A stretch of 63,897 nucleotides of DNA, filler included, from Lama guanicoe (Eukaryota), in NCBI GenBank assembly GCA_013239625.1. It is 76 parts of 75 records of this genome, joined end to end, with 100 filler letters (N's around TTAATTAATTAA, not from the genome) between each part and the next. Parts side by side here need not be neighbours in the genome. Positions count along the whole stretch, not along the records: positions 50,177 to 50,711 come from MU053624.1; positions 50,812 to 51,966 come from MU053625.1; positions 52,067 to 52,792 come from MU053626.1; positions 52,893 to 53,118 come from MU053627.1; positions 53,219 to 53,561 come from MU053627.1; positions 53,662 to 54,262 come from PNXV01002913.1; positions 54,363 to 55,033 come from MU053630.1; positions 55,134 to 55,957 come from MU053631.1; 68 more parts are not named here. One strand, given 5' to 3'. The notes beneath the pieces are model-generated. The model had not been told where the DNA came from and did no database searches. It was given only the letters and a program-made list of their open reading frames with translations. Positions 50,177 through 62,389 of the stretch are shown here, in pieces. The first letter of the stretch is position 1, and every line of letters begins with the position of its first letter. Both the position numbers and the translations under genes were made by a program.

Positions 50177-50711
50177 TTCTATATTCTAAATTGTATATTC
50201 AGTATTCCGTTTTCTATATTCTATAACCTGTGTTCTTCATTGTATATTCTAAATTCTATATTCAGTATTCTGTATTCTATATTCTAAATTCTGTGTTCTG
50301 CATTCTATGTTCTAAATTCTGGGTTCTATTTTCTGTATTCTATATTCTATATTCTGTGTTGTACATTTTATATTCTAAATTCTATGTTCAGTTTTCTGTA
50401 TTCTATATGCTAAATTCTGTGTTCTGCATTCCATGTTCTAAATACTTTATTCAGTATTCTNNNNNNNNNNNNNNNNNNNNNNNNNNNNNNNNNNNNNNNN
50501 CCATGTTCTATGGGTTCTATAGTGTGTTTTCCATATTCTAAATTCTGTGTTCTATATTGTATATTCTATAATCAATATTCTCCATTCCGTATTCTACATT
50601 CCATATTCTGTGTTCTACATTCTATGTACTAAATTTTATATTCAGTATTCTGTATTCTATACTTTAAATTATGTGCTCTGCATTCCATTTTCTAAATTCT
50701 GGGTTCTGTAT
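50177..50711 (-). repeat. AGAATAT heptamer satellite (reverse orientation)
   Basis: CTGCATTC at 50298 and 50424 (126 bp). Confidence 0.95.
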
Positions 50712-50811
50712 NNNNNNNNNNNNNNNNNNNNNNNNNNNNNNNNNNNNNNNNNNNNTTAATTAATTAANNNNNNNNNNNNNNNNNNNNNNNNNNNNNNNNN
50801 NNNNNNNNNNN

Positions 50812-51966
50812 TCTAATTCATTCAAGTGGTGGGTTAATATGTTTATTTGCGATTGTTCTTCTTTTCTGAGTAAGGCCTGTATCGCTATAAACTTCCCTCT
50901 TAGCACTGCCTTTGCTGTGTCCCATAGGTTTTGAGTGGTTATGCTTTCATTATCATTTGTCTCAAGGTATTTTTTAATTTCAGTTTTGATTTCCTCATTG
51001 ATCCATTCTTTTTTCAGTAACATATTGTTTAATCTCCATGCTTTCCTTGTTTTCTCCTTTGTTTCTCTGTTGTTGATTTCCAGTTTCATGGCATTGTGGT
51101 CAGTAAAGATGCTTGAGATAANNNNNNNNNNNNNNNNNNNNNNNNNNNNNNNNNNNNNNNNNNNNNNNNNNNNNNNNNNNNNNNNNNNNNNNNNNNNNNN
51201 NNNNNNNNNNNNNNNNNNNNNNNNNNNNNNNNNNNNNNNNNNNNNNNNNNNNNNNNNNNNNNNNNNNNNNNNNNNNNNNNNNNNNNNNNNNNNNNNNNNN
51301 NNNNNNNNNNNNNNNNNNNNNNNNNNNNNNNNNNNNNNNNNNNNNNNNNNNNNNNNNNNNNNNNNNNNNNNNNNNNNNNNNNNNNNNNNNNNNNNNNNNN
51401 NNNNNNNNNNNNNNNNNNNNNNNNNNNNNNNNNNNNNNNNNNNNNNNNNNNNNNNNNNNNNNNNNNNNNNNNNNNNNNNNNNNNNNNNNNNNNNNNNNNN
51501 NNNNNNNNNNNNNNNNNNNNNNNNNNNNNNNNNNNNNNNNNNNNNNNNNNNNNNNNNNNNNNNNNNNNNNNNNNNNNNNNNNNNNNNNNNNNNNNNNNNN
51601 NNNNNNNNNNNNNNNNNNNNNNNNNNNNNNNNNNNNNNNNNNNNNNNNNNNNNNNNNNNNNNNNNNNNNNNNNNNNNNNNNNNNNNNNNNNNNNNNNNNN
51701 NNNNNNNNNNNNNNNNNNNNNNNNNNNNNNNNNNNNNNNNNNNNNNNNNNNNNNNNNNNNNNNNNNNNNNNNNNNNNNNNNNNNNNNNNNNNNNNNNNNN
51801 NNNNNNNNNNNNNNNNNNNNNNNNNNNNNNNNNNNNNNNNNNNNNNNNNNNNNNNNNNNNNNNNNNNNNNNNNNNNNCTTTGTATTATCATGGATTTTAT
51901 TTAATTTTTGTGACTAACTTGTAAATTTTTGACTTGTCGTTACCCTTTTTTGTAAATCTATTAACC
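50812..51966 (-). mobile_element. LINE-1 ORF2 end of EN / linker region
   Basis: MKLEINN...WRLNNMLL..EWINEEIK.EIKKYLETNDNE..T.QNLWDTAKAVLRGKFIAIQA. Confidence 0.95.
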
Positions 51967-52892
51967 NNNNNNNNNNNNNNNNNNNNNNNNNNNNNNNNNN
52001 NNNNNNNNNNTTAATTAATTAANNNNNNNNNNNNNNNNNNNNNNNNNNNNNNNNNNNNNNNNNNNNGGAGGTGGTCTCACCCACACTCTAACTGCCGACA
52101 AAGCAGGAGACCACAGCCACGGACAGATCACCTAAGACGCAGCCCCTTATGGATGCAGAGATGAGACGGTAACCTAAGACTCATGGGTCTCATTCTAGTG
52201 CTGGGGATGCATGTGCATTTTATTAATCCCTACTACACACTTGCTGAAGGAAAATGAGAAAATCCAGGTGAGTGAGAATAACACATAATACACGACAAAA
52301 CCCGCACCCCCAGGAGAGTCACTGCTGGCACTTCGGTGCGCTCCCTCCATCTCTCCTTCCACACCCAGCCTTGCACAGCTGGACTTGAGTTTGGGCAGTG
52401 CACCTGTGGCTTCTCCCTTCTGTATTTAATAATAAAACGTAGGGTGATGCAGACTGAACCCCCCCACAGTATTAAACACACGGTCTGTTCAAGTTAATAA
52501 GTGCACTTCTACAATGTCAGCTTTATGGTTTCATAATATTACTATTTAAAGTAAAATTCCTTAATTGTTTCTTCAGGACATAGGCCTTGAAATAATGCTT
52601 CTGAGTAAAGAGTCAGATTTCCCCCCGAGGCTTCTGCTGCGCCCTAACAACAGTCCTGCAGAGAGAGCCCGGCGTCTGGGGGTCCGCTCAGCTCTCACCA
52701 GTGCTGGGGATCGCTCTGTTCCCAACTATTTCCCATTTTCATAGTCACAAAGAACCATTTTAAAAAACATTTCTTCTAACATTTTCAATAGCNNNNNNNN
52801 NNNNNNNNNNNNNNNNNNNNNNNNNNNNNNNNNNNNTTAATTAATTAANNNNNNNNNNNNNNNNNNNNNNNNNNNNNNNNNNNNNNNNNNNN

Positions 52893-53118
52893 GGAGCCTC
52901 CCCACACTTAGGATAGCTGAAGAGTTTTTCGTGTGTGTGCTTGAGTTGGTTAAACAGATCTACACATCTTGCAAGGGGCACAGGTATACACAGGTTGTGG
53001 ATTGCAGTTTAAAGGCCTCCACATCCCGTGGAGAGGCACTCGATTGTACTTGTTTGTCGAGGCTGAACCCCACATTCCCCCGCAATCGGGCATAGACAAG
53101 TCATCAGGGAAGGCAAAC
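52893..53118 (-). repeat. Satellite family B, diverged monomer
   Basis: GGAGCCTCCCCACACTTAGGATA...CGTGTGTGTGCT...GAGAGGCACTCG. Confidence 0.8.
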
Positions 53119-53218
53119 NNNNNNNNNNNNNNNNNNNNNNNNNNNNNNNNNNNNNNNNNNNNTTAATTAATTAANNNNNNNNNNNNNNNNNNNNNNNNNN
53201 NNNNNNNNNNNNNNNNNN

Positions 53219-53561
53219 GGAGGTGGGGAAAGAGAGACCACGCATTTATATGGGAGGCAGGTGTTTAAAGGTTAGGGATGTAGTTTTAAAAACCTCCAAT
53301 CCCATTGAGAGGCACTCGCTAAAACCTAGCTATAGAGACAAAACCCCACATTAGATCAAAGCCTGGCCTATGTAAACACTCATGGAACACAAGCTAAGGG
53401 ACTCTAAGAGAACCCAGGTGTTGCTGTCATTTGGAGTAGCCTCCCCATGCTCAGGATTCCAGAAAACTTCTTCGTGTGTGTGCAGTTGGTGGAGAAAGAG
53501 TGTCCACGCAAGTTCCAGGGGTCAATGGTATTCCCTTGTTGGGGGTTGTTGGTTAAACACC
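53219..53561 (-). repeat. Satellite family B, diverged monomers
   Basis: AAGCTAAGGGACTCTAAGAGAACCCAGGTG..CATTTGGAGTAGCCTCCCCATGCTCAGGATTCC. Confidence 0.82.
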
Positions 53562-53661
53562 NNNNNNNNNNNNNNNNNNNNNNNNNNNNNNNNNNNNNNN
53601 NNNNNTTAATTAATTAANNNNNNNNNNNNNNNNNNNNNNNNNNNNNNNNNNNNNNNNNNNN

Positions 53662-54030
53662 GGACAGGCCTGCAGCCCAGCCAAGGCAGCCACTCAGAAT
53701 GGTGCCCTCTTAGCAGACTCAAAGTAAGACAAGACAAGATACTGGCCCTAGATAGCTAGGTGCTTGCCGAAGGAATGAATTCAATGACCCAAATGATGCT
53801 TCCCACCATACATAGAAAAGAGCTAAATACTTGAACTTGAGAAAACTGGTTTTCTTTTGATAACAAGCAATATTTTATTGTTCCAATTATCTGGTCTTTG
53901 TTGCAAAGTTCTATATATCCTAGCTCCTCCCCTACCTCTTGAGAGCAGTCCCTCAGAGTGATCTGAGAGGCTCTCATCCCTGCTCGAGTCCTCCAGCCAA
54001 TTAAAAGAAAGCCCTTAACATTTAGGCTAA
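53662..54030 (+). mobile_element. ERV1-type LTR fragment
   Basis: TATATA box followed by CAGTCCCTCAGAGTGATCTGAGAGGCT R-region-like text and an ATTAAA signal. Confidence 0.65.
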
Positions 54031-55133
54031 ACGTTTGCTTAAATGAAGTCCCAGAATAGACACAAGTCATCAATTCTGTTATGGAACACACTGAATCAGG
54101 AACCAAAAGCATGTTTTAGCCTGGAAAAACTCCGGGTTCCTCTTTCTTCCTGTCATTATACAAACCCTGCAGAACTCATTAATTTGCTGTCTCCTCTTTT
54201 GGCAAACAAACTAATAGAAGAGACAACTCAGCAAAGCGCCATGCTGGGGAGAACCCCCCGCANNNNNNNNNNNNNNNNNNNNNNNNNNNNNNNNNNNNNN
54301 NNNNNNTTAATTAATTAANNNNNNNNNNNNNNNNNNNNNNNNNNNNNNNNNNNNNNNNNNNNTATACTAATATATGCTAGTTTAAACATACCAATATAAG
54401 TGTATTTATATATTTATATAAATTTAATCTATTTAAACAGTAATTTAAATATATTAAATACTAATTTAAATATATTGAATTTATATAAATATATACTGTT
54501 GAATTTTCACCACTTAAAAATAAGGCCAGTAAGTTGTTTTTATTACCTTGGTATGTAGAAAACTAGAGATAAAATATCCAATATATATGGATTTTCAGGC
54601 TGGCCCTGAGCAGGTATTCGGGACCCTGGACTCCAGGAGGGCTCCCTCCAAGCCCCCCTCCTCCGCCTGGGGAAGTCAGTTCAAGCTACTGATGTTAGCA
54701 CTTCTCCGTTACAGACTCGGCTTAATTCTAACCTATGTCCTCTATATTTTTGATGACAGGAATCTTTTTTTTTTAATTTTGCATTTCTCCAGTGCCTAAG
54801 AGACCACTGAGACTCGGGATGTGATTATTTCCTTTAGAAAGCACCTCCAGCTTTGGGGCACAGAGAGAAACGAGAAATAAGATTGAACTATGTTAACACA
54901 AATCAGGCACAAAATAATGAGGGTGTAGAGTTAGGGTAATGGCAGAAGGGGTGAGGAAGGGGCTACCTGGGGCCTTTAAAAGTCTGAATTTCACTTTATT
55001 TTCTTGACCATAGTACATCTAATTAGGTGGAATNNNNNNNNNNNNNNNNNNNNNNNNNNNNNNNNNNNNNNNNNNNNTTAATTAATTAANNNNNNNNNNN
55101 NNNNNNNNNNNNNNNNNNNNNNNNNNNNNNNNN

Positions 55134-55957
55134 AACATTCATTTATCATTAATTACTCTTAATGATAATGGACTAAATGCTCTAGTGAAAAGACAGAGTG
55201 TCAGACTGGAAAATAAAGCAAGAAAATTCAATAAACTGCATACAAGAGACACACTTTAGGGAGAAGGACACATATAGATTGAGAGCGAATGGACGGAAAA
55301 AGATATTCCATGCAAATGGAAACTCCAAAAAAGGAGGTGTAGCAGTTCTGATTTCAGACAAANNNNNNNNNNNNNNNNNNNNNNNNNNNNNNNNNNNNNN
55401 NNNNNNNNNNNNNNNNNNNNNNNNNNNNNNNNNNNNNNNNNNNNNNNNNNNNNNNNNNNNNNNNNNNNNNNNNNNNNNNNNNNNNNNNNNNNNNNNNNNN
55501 NNNNNNNNNNNNNNNNNNNNNNNNNNNNNNNNNNNNNNNNNNNNNNNNNNNNNNNNNNNNNNNNNNNNNNNNNNNNNNNNNNNNNNNNNNNNNNNNNNNN
55601 NNNNNNNNNNNNNNNNNNNNNNNNNNNNNNNNNNNNNNNNNNNNNNNNNNNNNNNNNNNNNNNNNNNNNNNNNNNNNNNNNNNNNNNNNNNNNNNNNNNN
55701 NNNNNNNNNNNNNNNNNNNNNNNNNNNNNNNNNNNNNNNNTCATCATGTATCACAAAAGAAGCCTCAAAAATTTTAAGAAGATAGAAATTATCTCAAGCA
55801 TCCTTACTGACCACAATGCCATTGAAACTAGAAATCAACTTCAGCGAAACAAAGCATAAAAAAAAAGGAATGCATAGAGATTAAACAACATACTACTAAA
55901 AAAAAAACTGGGTCAATGATGAAATCAAAGTTGAAATTAAGGAATACCTTGAGACAA
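55134..55957 (+). mobile_element. LINE-1 ORF2 endonuclease domain fragments
   Basis: DWKIKQENSINCIQETHF..KDTYRL..NGRKKIFHANGN.KKGGVAVLISDK; frameshifted flanks. Confidence 0.95.
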
Positions 55958-56057
55958 NNNNNNNNNNNNNNNNNNNNNNNNNNNNNNNNNNNNNNNNNNN
56001 NTTAATTAATTAANNNNNNNNNNNNNNNNNNNNNNNNNNNNNNNNNNNNNNNNNNNN

Positions 56058-56617
56058 CAGGCCAATATCACTGATGAACATAAATGCAAAAATCTTCAAC
56101 AAAATACAAGCATATAGACTCCAGCAATGCATTAAAAGGATCATACACCATGATCAAGTGGGTTTTATCCCAGGGATGCAAGGATATTACAAATGTTACA
56201 AATTAGTCAGTGTGATACACCACATTAAAAAATTGAAGAATAAAAATCATATGGTAATCTCAATAGATGCAGAACAAAATCAACAAAATTTAACTTTCAT
56301 TTATATTAAAAGCTCCCTAGAAAGTGGGCATCATGGAGACATACCTCAACATAATAAAAGCCATATATGACAAACCCACAGCTAACATCATACTCAAGGT
56401 GAAAAGCCTAAAAAGCTTTTCCTCTAAGAATAGGAACAAGACAAGCGTGCCCAGTCTAGCCACTTTATTCAACCTAGTTTTGGAAACCTAGCCACAGCAA
56501 TCAGAGAACAAAAGGAAATAAATGAAATCCAAACTGGAATGGAAGAAATAAAACTCTCACTGTTTGCAGTTGACATTAACACTATACCTAGAAAATCCTA
56601 AATGTGCCACCAGAAGA
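56058..56617 (+). mobile_element. LINE-1 ORF2 RT fragment, degraded
   Basis: [45 protein letters not shown]. Confidence 0.95.
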
Positions 56618-56917
56618 NNNNNNNNNNNNNNNNNNNNNNNNNNNNNNNNNNNNNNNNNNNNNNNNNNNNNNNNNNNNNNNNNNNNNNNNNNNNNNNNNNN
56701 NNNNNNNNNNNNNNNNNNNNNNNNNNNNNNNNNNNNNNNNNNNNNNNNNNNNNNNNNNNNNNNNNNNNNNNNNNNNNNNNNNNNNNNNNNNNNNNNNNNN
56801 NNNNNNNNNNNNNNNNNNNNNNNNNNNNNNNNNNNNNNNNNNNNNNNNNNNNNNNNNNNNNNNNNNNNNNNNNNNNNNNNNNNNNNNNNNNNNNNNNNNN
56901 NNNNNNNNNNNNNNNNN

Positions 56918-56963
<46 letters not shown>

Positions 56964-57089
56964 GGAGGAAGGGAGGAAGGGAGAAAGAAAGAAAGAGGGA
57001 AAGGAAGGAAGAAAGAGAAAGGAAGGAAGAAAGAAAAAGGAAGGAAGAAAGAGAAAGGAAGGAAGGAAGGAGGGAAGGAAGGAAGGAGG
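56918..57089 (+). repeat. (GAAA)n/(GGAA)n polypurine microsatellite
   Basis: ~170 bp containing only A and G. Confidence 0.97.
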
Positions 57090-58511
57090 NNNNNNNNNNN
57101 NNNNNNNNNNNNNNNNNNNNNNNNNNNNNNNNNTTAATTAATTAANNNNNNNNNNNNNNNNNNNNNNNNNNNNNNNNNNNNNNNNNNNNTGGCCCTGAGC
57201 TTCTGATGCTGGTAAGAAAGCACGCTGCCGCCTCAGATGGAGAGAAATACTGAAAGCATTTTTTGAAATCTACAACACTGACAAAGCATAACTGACAAAT
57301 CCTAGTCTCCTTTGAGGCTGTCATTTTCTGTTTCTGGCCAACACCCGTCAATGAGCAGAACCACCCCATTCCCGAGCCATGGGACTCACGTGGGAAGCAG
57401 TTTTGGAGAAATTTCCAGGTATAGAATGTAACCAACNNNNNNNNNNNNNNNNNNNNNNNNNNNNNNNNNNNNNNNNNNNNNNNNNNNNNNNNNNNNNNNN
57501 NNNNNNNNNNNNNNNNNNNNNNNNNNNNNNNNNNNNNNNNNNNNNNNNNNNNNNNNNNNNNNNNNNNNNNNNNNNNNNNNNNNNNNNNNNNNNNNNNNNN
57601 NNNNNNNNNNNNNNNNNNNNNNNNNNNNNNNNNNNNNNNNNNNNNNNNNNNNNNNNNNNNNNNNNNNNNNNNNNNNCTCACACAGGCTTACCTCCTAGAC
57701 TCACTGTCTGAACTTGGCCCCATTTTCTCACCTGTTTACTTGGTATCTGTTCTTCTGTAAGCTACCTGAAGTGCTTTTTGGAACAACTCAGAAGGATCAG
57801 TGGATTGAGAAATGGACAGATGGACAGGTGAGAGATGGGGAGACAAACAGAGAGACTCCAAGGAAAGGGGAACAAAGAAAATTTCCTATGCAAAGCCGTC
57901 TTCTAGTCAGGGAAGAAAACCACCACAGAGAACTGTGAAGAGGCAGGTGGCTTAGGACTGTTTCCTGGATTCCATGAAAAGTCACACCAAGAGATGAGAG
58001 GGTAGAATTATAAATAATAAAAGAAAAAAAAGCATGCATGCTTGAAAAATATATCTACACTATGTACTTTCTAAAGAATAGATTCAACTCAGCAGGGCCC
58101 AATAACACAATCCTTGGGTATTTACAGAATTGAGAATCCCATCTCCAAACCACAAGACATCCATTCGGAGCACATAGTGTCTACACAGTGTGGTCATAAG
58201 CCGTCACCGGAAAATCTATGCTATCCTGCACTTACGAGGAAAGAGCAGCTGTGCTCGAGCTGCCCACACGCGTCATTTACACCCCACAGCACTGCTACTG
58301 GAGGGGGACGCCTAGCAAGCCCCATCTCTACAGGACCAAAAACAAGTCCGGGAAAGGATAAACCGACCTACCAGTTCTCCATCTCACAAGACTGGTCACT
58401 CCAGAGCAGGANNNNNNNNNNNNNNNNNNNNNNNNNNNNNNNNNNNNNNNNNNNNTTAATTAATTAANNNNNNNNNNNNNNNNNNNNNNNNNNNNNNNNN
58501 NNNNNNNNNNN

Positions 58512-58994
58512 TCTCTTGCCTGACTGCTGTGGCTAGTACTTCCAGGACTATGTTGAATAGTGGTGATATGGGCATCCTTGTCTTGTCCCAGGTTTTAGTG
58601 GGAAGCTTTTGAGTTTTTCACCGTTGAGTACTATGCTGGCTGTAGGTTTGTCATATATAGCTTTATTATGTTGAGATATGTTTCCCTCTATACCCACTTT
58701 GGGAAGAGTTTTTNNNNNNNNNNNNNNNNNNNNNNNNNNNNNNNNNNNNNNNNNNNNNNNNNNNNNNNNNNNNNNNNNNNNNNNNNNNNNNNNNNNNNNN
58801 NNNNNNNNNNNNNNNNNNNNNNNNNNNNNNNNNNNNNNNNNNNNNNNNNNNNNNNNNNNNNNNNNNNNNNNNNNNNNNNNNNNNNNNNNNNNNNNNNNNN
58901 NNNNNNNCTAAGCTAAAGGTAAGGATTTTGGCGTCTATGTTCATTAGTGATATTGTCCTATAATTCTCTTTTTTTGTAGTGTCTTTGCCTGGTT
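58512..58994 (-). mobile_element. LINE-1 ORF2 RT fragment
   Basis: Minus-strand MNIDAKIL; antisense GGGCATCCTTGTCTTGTCCCA. Confidence 0.92.
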
Positions 58995-59094
58995 NNNNNN
59001 NNNNNNNNNNNNNNNNNNNNNNNNNNNNNNNNNNNNNNTTAATTAATTAANNNNNNNNNNNNNNNNNNNNNNNNNNNNNNNNNNNNNNNNNNNN

Positions 59095-59452
59095 CTTCTG
59101 TAACGATGGCAAGTTGCAAAACAGAGAATAACCTTTGTTTTTTCGGAGGATTTATAGGGGCACCATGATATGATCCACATGGACAGCTGCAAGAACAGCG
59201 GATTCAAAGGACAAACAATTCATACAGCAAGAAGTATTCAACAACCAACCACAACCCCACCCCTTTTTAGTATAAAAGGAGAATGAAATCTGACTTGGGG
59301 AATTTGGTTCTCCAGATCTCCAGGATATCATTCTGCCATCTTCTGGGTCTGCCAGAGTTTTAAATAAAGTCACTATTCCTTGCTCCAACACCTCATCTCC
59401 CGGTTTATTGGCCAGTCATGCGGCGAGCAGAAGGATTTTCGACTCGGTAACA
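59095..59452 (+). mobile_element. ERV1-type LTR, 3' part
   Basis: TATAAAA at 59271, AATAAA at 59363, terminal ...CGGTAACA at 59452. Confidence 0.8.
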
Positions 59453-59630
59453 AAATGACTGCATTGGAGGTAGTATGTCTACACTGTTTCCTCGTTTCCA
59501 ATATGTAACACGCACATCATTTATGATCTANNNNNNNNNNNNNNNNNNNNNNNNNNNNNNNNNNNNNNNNNNNNTTAATTAATTAANNNNNNNNNNNNNN
59601 NNNNNNNNNNNNNNNNNNNNNNNNNNNNNN

Positions 59631-60378
59631 AATATAGAATTTAGAATATAGAATGTACAATACAGAATATAGAATATAGACTACGGAATGCAGAATATAG
59701 AATGTACAATAATGAGCACAAAATATAGAAAAGAGAATATACAACCCAGAATCCAGAACATGGAATGTAGAACACAGAATATAGTATATAGAATAGGGAA
59801 TATGGAACCCAAAATATAGAACATGGAATGCAGAACACAGAATTTAGAATACACATTACAGAATACATAATATCGAATTTAGAATATAGAATGTAAAACA
59901 CAAAATGTAGAATACGGAATGCAGAATATTGAATACAGAATATAGAATGTAGAAGACTGAATTTAGAATATGGAAAACAGAATATAGAACCCAGAATTTA
60001 GAACATGGAATGCAGAAAACATAATTTAGAAAATAGAATAACGATTACTGAATATAGAATTTAGAATATAGAATGTAGAACACAGAATTTACAATATAGA
60101 GTATAGAATACTGAATATACAATTTAGAATATAGAAAGTAGAACACAGAATTTAGAATACAGAACACAGAATGCTGAATATAGTATTCAGAATATCGAAT
60201 CTTGAACACAGAATATAGAAAATAGAATAGAGTATATAGAAACCAGAACTTAGAACATGGAATTTAGAACACAGAATTTAGAACATAGAGAACAGAATAC
60301 TGAATATAGAAGGTCGAATATAGAATGTTGAGCACAGAATTTAGAATATAGAAAACAGAATACTGAATATAGAATTTA
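59631..60378 (+). repeat. AGAATAT heptamer satellite
   Basis: ATGGAAT marker at 59760, 59823, 60005, 60257 (63, 182, 252). Confidence 0.95.
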
Positions 60379-60750
60379 NNNNNNNNNNNNNNNNNNNNNN
60401 NNNNNNNNNNNNNNNNNNNNNNTTAATTAATTAANNNNNNNNNNNNNNNNNNNNNNNNNNNNNNNNNNNNNNNNNNNNTTCAGCGTTTTTCACTTATTAG
60501 CCATCTGACTTTTAAAAAGTGAATGATTCCTTATGTCCTTTGCACACATTTAAGCGAGGGAGCTTCTTGCTGCTTTGTGACAGCTCTTTGTATGTTATGA
60601 ACAGTAACCCCTTGACTTTATCAACATGTATCACACAGCTTTTACTTGTCATTTCTTGCCTTTCATTTTGTTCAGTAGGTTTACTTTTGTTGTGGCCCAA
60701 AGTATAGTTAAGTTAGTAAATGTCTTCTTTTTGGGTTTATTTTTGGTATT

Positions 60751-61205
60751 ATTCTTAGAAATACTTTCTTATAACGGTACAAATCTCTTCTGTAGGTTTT
60801 GTAACCTCTAATTTGGAGATGATAATAGTGCTTGTTACAGTGAAAGGAAGTTGAATTAATGTGAGCAAAGAGTTGTATTCGTTGTTATTAGTACTTTCTA
60901 ATATTCACATCACTTTCTATAATTTTTCTTGTGGTCATTATGACTGGAATAGAATTTGTTCTTTCCAGGTGATTCTCTGCCCCAGGAGAATTATTGAATT
61001 CATACTTTTCTCTTTGATTTGAAATCCCAGTGTGAAATCTAGTGTACAAATACTTATGTACACTAGAGTCTATTTTTGAGCTCATGGTTTATTTCTGTCA
61101 ACCTTACTTTCTTACTCCAGCGCCATATCTTACAAAATGTAAAAATTTATTTAATATCTGACAGTGCAATTTTTTTTCGATTCTTTTCTTCCATCCCAAA
61201 TTTTC
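60751..61205 (+). repeat. Duplicated segment, paralogue of 17041-17491
   Basis: Colinear similarity including the embedded MIR-like piece. Confidence 0.85.
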
Positions 61206-62389
61206 TTGGCTAGTATTATGACTTAATTATTCCTGAAGAATTATTGTTCAAGTAAAAAACAGAAAAGTATTTTCATAGGATTTTTTAAAAAGTTTTGAAA
61301 TATCTTTAGAAGAAATTTGATCTTTACAAAACTGCTTTCCTCCATGCAANNNNNNNNNNNNNNNNNNNNNNNNNNNNNNNNNNNNNNNNNNNNTTAATTA
61401 ATTAANNNNNNNNNNNNNNNNNNNNNNNNNNNNNNNNNNNNNNNNNNNNCCCCATTTTTCTGAGTCTCTTTCTACATTGGGCCCAGGGCTTTCACAGACA
61501 TCACAGATTTAGGATGTAATCAGAGTGTGGTCACAGCCCTAGTGGTCTCAATTGAGGCCAGAGGAGCTTCAGGGNNNNNNNNNNNNNNNNNNNNNNNNNN
61601 NNNNNNNNNNNNNNNNNNNNNNNNNNNNNNNNNNNNNNNNNNNNNNNNNNNNNNNNNNNNNNNNNNNNNNNNNNNNNNNNNNNNNNNNNNNNNNNNNNNN
61701 NNNNNNNNNNNNNNNNNNNNNNNNNNNNNNNNNNNNNNNNNNNNNNNNNNNNNNNNNNNNNNNNNNNNNNNNNNNNNNNNNNNNNNNNNNNNNNNNNNNN
61801 NNNNNNNNNNNNNNNNNNNNNNNNNNNNNNNNNNNNNNNNNNNNNNNNNNNNNNNNNNNNNNNNNNTCTGCTAAAGTATCCTGCTCTTCATTCCCAGCAA
61901 CATCCGCCTGTGTCACCTCAGTGTCCCCAAGTGGACCTGGACCTGTCTTGTGGAAGATTGTGAAGAGGGATTTGGTGTGCATCCCAAGAATGAAGTGGGA
62001 GGGAGAGGATAATAGGGACCTCCAGAGGGGATCATGGGCTGGGAGATATCAGAGGGGTGGGGAAGGCAGAACGTCAGAGCTGTAGGATCCTGCTAGTGGT
62101 GGCTCCTTCACGAGGGGCTTCACAGGAAAGAAGCAATCACGGGGTAAAGGCAGAGCTCAGTTTGGGGCTTGCTGACATGGAACAGCTCATCACAGAGATG
62201 TCCAAATGAGCTGGATGTAGGGAACGAAGTTGCCACTGATGTCAGAGTCAAAGCCTGAGACCCAGATGTGGTGGGGCGGTGGTGCAGGGNNNNNNNNNNN
62301 NNNNNNNNNNNNNNNNNNNNNNNNNNNNNNNNNTTAATTAATTAANNNNNNNNNNNNNNNNNNNNNNNNNNNNNNNNNNNNNNNNNNNN

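Noticed and set aside
56918..57089. K/E/R-rich ORFs
   Set aside because: Translations of a GAAA/GGAA microsatellite.
109..59901. Hydrophobic Y/S/I/F/L-rich ORFs (e.g. 109-327, 4054-4455, 19140-19562, 20762-21175, 59641-59901)
   Set aside because: Translations of the T-rich strand of the heptamer satellite; the 7- and 21-aa periodicity follows from the DNA repeat.
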